Source: the human T2T-CHM13v2.0 reference genome, Homo sapiens. From it: a stretch of DNA of 64,000 nt. The translations under genes were made by a program, and so were the position numbers. This document shows, piece after piece, positions 56,542 through 64,000 of the stretch. Where the stretch lies: assembly GCF_009914755.1 (NCBI RefSeq), contig NC_060948.1. The stretch is one strand, 5' to 3'. Within the stretch, counting starts at the first letter, position 1; every line of letters begins with the position of its first letter. The notes below the pieces were generated by a model. It saw nothing but the letters and a program-made list of their open reading frames with translations. It did no database searches and was not told the origin of the DNA.

Positions 56542-59500
56542 CATTGACTGGAAAGGCTGGGTGTCGAAAGGAATTGCCTCCAATGGAATGGAATCGAATG
56601 GAATGGAAGTGAATAGAATGGAACTAAATCGAATGGAATGGAATTGATAGGAACGGAATGGAAAGGAATGCAATGATTTGGCATGGAATGGAATCGAATG
56701 GCATCGAATGGAATGGAATGGAATGCAATTGAATGGAATGTATTAGAATGTAATGAACTTTAATGTAATGTACTCGAATGGATTCGACTGGAATGGAATG
56801 TTCTCGAAGTGAATGGACTCCAATGGAATGGATTCGAAAGGAATGGAATCTAATGGAATGGAATTAAATGGAAATGAATCAAATTGAATAGAACGGAATT
56901 GAATGGAATGGAATCGAATGCAATGGAATCTAATGAAACGGAAAGGAAAGGAATGGAATGGATTGGAATGGAATGTGCTGGAATTGAATGGAATCGAAAC
57001 GAATGGAATGGAGTCGAACTGAAGAGACTGAAATGGAATGCACTGGAATGGAAGGGAGTGTAATGGAAGGTTCTCGAAAAAAATGGAATCGAAAGGAATG
57101 GAATTGAATGGAACGGAATAGAGTCGAATGGAATTCAATGGAATGGAATGGACTAGAGTGAAATGGAATCGAACCACAAGGAATGGACAGGAACAGAATG
57201 GTCTCGAATTGAATGGAATCGAATGGAATGGCATCAAACGGCATGGAATGGACAGCAACGGAATGGAATGCACTCGAATGCAATGGAGTCGACACTAATG
57301 GACTGGAATAGAATGGACTCGACTGGTACGGACTCCATTGAAATGGAATTGAATGGAAGGGAATGGAACGGAATGGACTCGAAGGGAAAAGACTGCAATG
57401 TAAAGGTCTCGAATGGAATGGAAATTAATGGAATGGAATGGAATCGAATGAAATGGAGTCAAAAGGAATGGAATCGAATGGCAAGAAATCGAATGTAATG
57501 GAATCACAAGGAATTGATGTGAACGGAACGGAATCGAATGGAATCCAAAGGAATGGAATAGAATGGAATGGAATCGAATGGAAAGGACTCGAATGGAAAT
57601 CACTCGAATAGAATGCAATTTAATAAAATAGGATCAAATGTAATGGAATGGAATGGAAAGGAATCGAAACGAAAGGAATGGAGACAGATGGAATGGAATG
57701 GAACAGAGAGCAATGGTATAGAATGGAATGGAATCATCTGGAATGGAATTGAATGGAATGGAATAATATGAAATGGAATGGAATGGAATGGAATGCCCTT
57801 GAATTAAATGGACTGGAATGGAATGGACTCAAACAGAGTGGAATGGAAAGTGTTGAAATAGAATGGAATGGACTCGTTTGGAATGGTCTAGTATGCAATG
57901 CAATCGACTGGCAGGGAATCAAGAGGAATGTAATCGAATGGATTGGACTGGAATGCAATGGACTCGAATAGATTGGAAACGGAATTCAAAGGAATGGAAT
58001 GGAATAGTATGGAATGGAATGGAAAGGAATGGAGTGGAATAGACTAGAGTGGAATGGAATGGACTCGAAAGCAATGGACTGGAATGGAACTTTCTTGAAT
58101 GGACTGGAATCAAACGGAATGGAATGCAATGCAATCAAATGGCATGGAATAAAATAGAATGAAAGAGAATCAAATGGAATTGAATCGAATGGAATCGAAT
58201 GGATTGGAAAGAAATAGAATGGAATGGAATGGAATTGACTCAAATGGAATGGACTAGAATGGAATGGATTCGAATGGAAGGCAAAGGAATGGAATCTATT
58301 GGAATGGACTGTAATGGAATGGAATGGAAGGGATTGGAATGGACTCGAATGGAATGGACTGCAATAGAAAAGATTCGAATGGAATGAAAAAGAATTGAAT
58401 GGAATAGAACAGAATGGAATCAAATCGAATGAAATGGAATGGAAGAGAAAGGAATGGAATGAAATGGAATGGAAAGGATTCGAATGGAATGCAATCGAAT
58501 GGAATGCAATCGAATGGAATGGAATCGAACGGAATGGAATAAAATGGAAGAAAACTGGCAAGAAATGGAATCGAAATGAATGGAGTGTTATGGAACGGAC
58601 TCAAAAGGAATTGAATGTAATAGAATGGAGTGGAGTGGACTCGAATATAATGGACTGGAATGGAATGAAATCACATGGAATGGGAACGAATGGAATGGAA
58701 TGGAAAGGAATGGAATGGAAAGGAATGGAATCGAATGGAAAGGAATCGAATGGAAGGGAATGAAATTGAATCAACAGGAATGGAAGGAAGTAGAATAGAC
58801 GGTAATGGAATGGACTCGAATAGAATGGACACGAATGCTCAAATTGAATGGACTCGAATGGAATGGAAACGAAAGGAATGTCGTCGAATGGAATTGAATC
58901 GATTGGAATGAAATCGCATAGAATGGAGTGGAATCAAATGGAATTGAATCGAAAGGAAAGGAAGCGAATGGTCTGAAATGAAATGGAATGGAATTGAATG
59001 GAAAGTAATGCAAGGGAATAGAATGGAACGAAATTTCACGGAATGGAATCAAACTGAATGGAATCAAATCAATGGAATATAATCAAATGGCATGGAAAGG
59101 AATTGAATGGAGTAGATTGGATTGGATGGGATTGGAATGAAATGTACTGGAAAGGACTCGAATTTCATGAAATGGAATGGAATGAACTGGAACGGAATGG
59201 ACTCGAATGGAATGGAATGTCATGGAATGGCATCAAATGGAATGGCATCAAATGGAATGGAATCGAATGCAATGGAATGCTATGGAATGGAATGGAATGC
59301 ATTGGAATGGAATGTCCCCTAATGGAATGGATTCGAGTGGAATGGAATCGAATATAATGGAGTCGAATGAAATGGAATTGAAAGGAAAGGGATCGAATAC
59401 AATGGAATATACTGGAATGTAATGTAATGAACTCGAATGTAATTGACTAGAATGGAATGTACATGAATGGAATGTAATCGAATGGAAAATAATCTCATGG

Positions 59501-60115
59501 AATAGAATCTAATGCAATAAAATCGACTCAAATAGAATAGAATGGAATGGAATGGAGTGCAGTGCAATGGAATGGAATGGAATGGAATGCAATGGAATGG
59601 AATGGAATGGAATGGAATGGAATGGAATGGGATGGAATGGTATGGAATGGATAGTAATGGACTGGAGTGAAATGGACTGGAAAAGAATGGACTCAAATTG
59701 AAAGGGCTCGAAAGGAATGGAGTCAAATGGAATGGTCTGGAATGGAATGAATACGAATGTAATGCAATCCAATAGAATGGAATCGAATGGTATGGAATAT
59801 AAAGAATTGGAATCGAAGAGAATGGAAACAAATGGAATGGAATTGAATGGAATGGAATTGAATGGAATGGGAACGAATGGAGTGAAATTGTATGCAGTAG
59901 AAGAGAATAGAATGGAATGCAAGCGAAAGGAAAGGAATGGATTGGAATGGAATGGAATTCATTGGAATGGAAGGGAATGTAGTGTAATGGACAGGCCTGG
60001 AATAAAGTGGAATGCTACGGTCTCGAATGGAATAAAAATGTATGGAATAGAATGCAATGAAACGGAATCGAATGTCATAGAATGTAATGGAATGCAAAAA
60101 AATGGAATCCAAAAT
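56542..60115 (+). repeat. DYZ1 unit 17 (3574 bp)
   Basis: Landmarks 56542 and 60116. Near-copy of unit 18. Confidence 0.9.
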
Positions 60116-63100
60116 CATTGACTGGAAAGGCTGGGTGTCGAAAGGAATTGCCTCCAATGGAATGGAATCGAATGGAATGGAAGTGAATAGAATGGAACTA
60201 AATCGAATGGAATGGAATTGATAGGAACGGAATGGAAAGGAATGCAATGATTTGGCATGGAATGGAATCGAATGGCATCGAATGGAATGGAATGGAATGC
60301 AATTGAATGGAATGTATTAGAATGTAATGAACTTTAATGTAATGTACTCGAATGGATTCGACTGGAATGGAATGTTCTCGAAGTGAATGGACTCCAATGG
60401 AATGGATTCGAAAGGAATGGAATCTAATGGAATGGAATTAAATGGAAATGAATCAAATTGAATAGAACGGAATTGAATGGAATGGAATCGAATGCAATGG
60501 AATCTAATGAAACGGAAAGGAAAGGAATGGAATGGATTGGAATGGAATGTGCTGGAATTGAATGGAATCGAAACGAATGGAATGGAGTCGAACTGAAGAG
60601 ACTGAAATGGAATGCACTGGAATGGAAGGGAGTGTAATGGAAGGTTCTCGAAAAAAATGGAATCGAAAGGAATGGAATTGAATGGAACGGAATAGAGTCG
60701 AATGGAATTCAATGGAATGGAATGGACTAGAGTGAAATGGAATCGAACCACAAGGAATGGACAGGAACAGAATGGTCTCGAATTGAATGGAATCGTATGG
60801 AATGGCATCAAACGGAATGGAATGGACAGCAACGGAATGGAATGCACTCGAATGCAATGGAGTCGACACTAATGGACTGGAATAGAAAGGACTCGACTGG
60901 TACGGACTCCATTGAAATGGAATTGAATGGAAGGGAATGGATCGGAATGGACTCGAAGGGAAAAGACTGCAATGGAAAGGTCTCGAATGGAATGGAAATT
61001 AATGGAATGGAATGGAATCGAATGAAATGGAGTCAAAAGGAATGGAATCGAATGGCAAGAAATCGAATGTAATGGAATCGCAAGGAATTGATGTGAACGG
61101 AACGGAATCGAATGGAATCCAAAGGAATGGAATAGAATGGAATGGAATCGAATGGAAAGGACTCGAATGGAAATCACTCGAATAGAATGCAATTTAATAA
61201 AATAGGATCAAATGTAATGGAATGGAATGGAAAGGAATCGAAACGAAAGGAATGGAGACAGATGGAATGGAATGGAACAGAGAGCAATGGTATAGAATGG
61301 AATGGAATCATCTGGAATGGAATTGAATGGAATGGAATAATATGAAATGGAATGGAATGGAATGGAATGCCCTTGAATTAAATGGACTGGAATGGAATGG
61401 ACTCAAACAGAGTGGAATGGAAAGTGTTGAAATAGAATGGAATGGACTCGTTTGGAATGGTCTAGTATGCAATGCAATCGACTGGCAGGGAATCAAGAGG
61501 AATGTAATCGAATGGATTGGACTGGAATGCAATGGACTCGAATAGATTGGAAACGGAATTCAAAGGAATGGAATGGAATAGTATGGAATGGAATGGAAAG
61601 GAATGGAGTGGAATAGACTAGAGTGGAATGGAATGGACTCGAAAGCAATGGACTGGAATGGAACTTTCTTGAATGGACTGGAATCAAACGGAATGGAATG
61701 CAATGCAATCAAATGGCATGGAATAAAATAGAATGAAAGAGAATCAAATGGAATTGAATCGAATGGAATCGAATGGATTGGAAAGGAATAGAATGGAATG
61801 GAATGGAATTGACTCAAATGGAATGGACTAGAATGGAATGGATTCGAATGGAAGGCAAAGGAATGGAATCTATTGGAATGGACTGTAATGGAATGGAATG
61901 GAAGGGATTGGAATGGACTCGAATGGAATGGACTGCAATAGAAAAGATTCGAATGGAATGAAAAAGAATTGAATGGAATAGAACAGAATGGAATCAAATC
62001 GAATGAAATGGAATGGAAGAGAAAGGAATGGAATGAAATGGAATGGAAAGGATTCGAATGGAATGCAATCGAATGGAATGCAATCGAATGGAATGGAATC
62101 GAACGGAATGGAATAAAATGGAAGAAAACTGGCAAGAAATGGAATCGAAATGAATGGAGTGTTATGGAACGGACTCAAAAGGAATTGAATGTAATAGAAT
62201 GGAGTGGAGTGGACTCGAATATAATGGACTGGAATGGAATGAAATCACATGGAATGGGAACGAATGGAATGGAATGGAAAGGAATGGAATGGAAAGGAAT
62301 GGAATCGAATGGAAAGGAATCGAATGGAAGGGAATGAAATTGAATCAACAGGAATGGAAGGAAGTAGAATAGACGGTAATGGAATGGACTCGAATAGAAT
62401 GGACACGAATGCTCATATTGAATGGACTCGAATGGAATGGAAACGAAAGGAATGTCGTCGAATGGAATTGAATCGATTGGAATGAAATCGCATAGAATGG
62501 AGTGGAATCAAATGGAATTGAATCGAAAGGAAAGGAAGCGAATGGTCTGAAATGAAATGGAATGGAATTGAATGGAAAGTAATGCAAGGGAATAGAATGG
62601 AACGAAATTTCACGGAATGGAATCAAACTGAATGGAATCAAATCAATGGAATATAATCAAATGGCATGGAAAGGAATTGAATGGAGTAGATTGGATTGGA
62701 TGGGATTGGAATGAAATGTACTGGAAAGGACTCGAATTTCATGAAATGGAATGGAATGAACTGGAACGGAATGGACTCGAATGGAATGGAATGTCATGGA
62801 ATGGCATCAAATGGAATGGCATCAAATGGAATGGAATCGAATGCAATGGAATGCTATGGAATGGAATGGAATGCATTGGAATGGAATGTCCCCTAATGGA
62901 ATGGATTCGAGTGGAATGGAATCGAATATAATGGAGTCGAATGAAATGGAATTGAAAGGAAAGGGATCGAATACAATGGAATATACTGGAATGTAATGTA
63001 ATGAACTCGAATGTAATTGACTAGAATGGAATGTACATGAATGGAATGTAATCGAATGGAAAATAATCTCATGGAATAGAATCTAATGCAATAAAATCGA

Positions 63101-63689
63101 CTCAAATAGAATAGAATGGAATGGAATGGAGTGCAGTGCAATGGAATGGAATGGAATGGAATGCAATGGAATGGAATGGAATGGAATGGAATGGAATGGA
63201 ATGGGATGGAATGGTATGGAATGGATAGTAATGGACTGGAGTGAAATGGACTGGAAAAGAATGGACTCAAATTGAAAGGGCTCGAAAGGAATGGAGTCAA
63301 ATGGAATGGTCTGGAATGGAATGAATACGAATGTAATGCAATCCAATAGAATGGAATCGAATGGTATGGAATATAAAGAATTGGAATCGAAGAGAATGGA
63401 AACAAATGGAATGGAATTGAATGGAATGGAATTGAATGGAATGGGAACGAATGGAGTGAAATTGTATGCAGTAGAAGAGAATAGAATGGAATGCAAGCGA
63501 AAGGAAAGGAATGGATTGGAATGGAATGGAATTCATTGGAATGGAAGGGAATGTAGTGTAATGGACAGGCCTGGAATAAAGTGGAATGCTACGGTCTCGA
63601 ATGGAATAAAAATGTATGGAATAGAATGCAATGAAACGGAATCGAATGTCATAGAATGTAATGGAATGCAAAAAAATGGAATCCAAAAT
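60116..63689 (+). repeat. DYZ1 unit 18 (3574 bp)
   Basis: Landmarks 60116 and 63690. Confidence 0.9.
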
Positions 63690-64000
63690 CATTGACTGGA
63701 AAGGCTGGGTGTCGAAAGGAATTGCCTCCAATGGAATGGAATCGAATGGAATGGAAGTGAATAGAATGGAACTAAATCGAATGGAATGGAATTGATAGGA
63801 ACGGAATGGAAAGGAATGCAATGATTTGGCATGGAATGGAATCGAATGGCATCGAATGGAATGGAATGGAATGCAATTGAATGGAATGTATTAGAATGTA
63901 ATGAACTTTAATGTAATGTACTCGAATGGATTCGACTGGAATGGAATGTTCTCGAAGTGAATGGACTCCAATGGAATGGATTCGAAAGGAATGGAATCTA
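63690..64000 (+). repeat. DYZ1 unit 19 (partial)
   Basis: Landmark at 63690. Carries the unit 17/18 variants (gaattgcctcc, gcaattgaat, ttaatgtaatg). Confidence 0.9.

Larger units (their letters stand above)
1..64000 (+). repeat. DYZ1: Human Satellite III (HSat3) tandem array, DYZ1 type (Yq12 heterochromatin); GGAAT strand is +
   Basis: Continuous diverged GGAAT pentamers (ggaat, cgaat, ggact, gcaat, tgaat). The landmark cattgactggaaaggctg recurs 19 times at ~3.5 kb spacing. One aggcct (HaeIII/StuI) and one ggaattcattgg (EcoRI) per unit match the classical ~3.5 kb DYZ1 restriction unit. Satellite class is directly visible; the Yq12 assignment rests on recalled knowledge of DYZ1. Confidence 0.95.

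Noticed and set aside
202-63821. Hundreds of ORFs (MEWNG-rich on +, IPFHS-rich on -), up to 313 aa
   Set aside because: These are the direct translations of (GGAAT)n and (ATTCC)n, which have no stop codon in any frame. They overlap in all frames, recur in each unit, and are broken freely by 5-bp indels. No domain or codon signal supports coding.
1-64000. CRISPR-like or prokaryotic defence or mobile system
   Set aside because: There is no repeat-spacer structure with unique spacers, no cas or transposase gene and no unique sequence. The whole window is eukaryotic satellite DNA.
1-64000. DYZ2 (AT-rich plus Alu) segments, L1/Alu insertions or inversions
   Set aside because: None seen. The GGAAT strand orientation and unit register are continuous, so the window lies inside a single array.
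1-64000. Alternative identity as HSat2 or a non-Y HSat3 array
   Set aside because: The sequence lacks the dominant HSat2 ATCATCGAATG (CATTCGATGAT) motif. The ~3.54 kb period, restriction pattern and primer matches fit DYZ1. A database search would be the definitive test.

Overview
The whole 64 kb window is one uninterrupted, same-orientation array of human Satellite III, a diverged (GGAAT)n / (CATTC)n repeat. It is organised as a higher-order unit of about 3.5 kb: 18 complete units of 3504-3574 bp plus a partial 19th. Unit size, one conserved HaeIII (GGCC) and one conserved EcoRI site per unit, and matches to DYZ1 sexing-primer sequences recalled from memory (154 bp span) point to DYZ1/HSat3 of human Yq12 heterochromatin. 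I see no credible protein-coding gene, RNA gene, transposon, DYZ2/Alu segment or inversion; all listed ORFs are translations of the pentamer. I found no new gene system. The notable signals are internal to the satellite: three perfect heat-shock elements per unit, four fixed pentamer phase shifts, a hypervariable pure-GGAAT tract, an excess of 15-bp indels, and a readable history of recent duplications, a subfamily block, mosaic units and a possible ~24.7 kb older duplication. All comparisons were made by eye, not by alignment.
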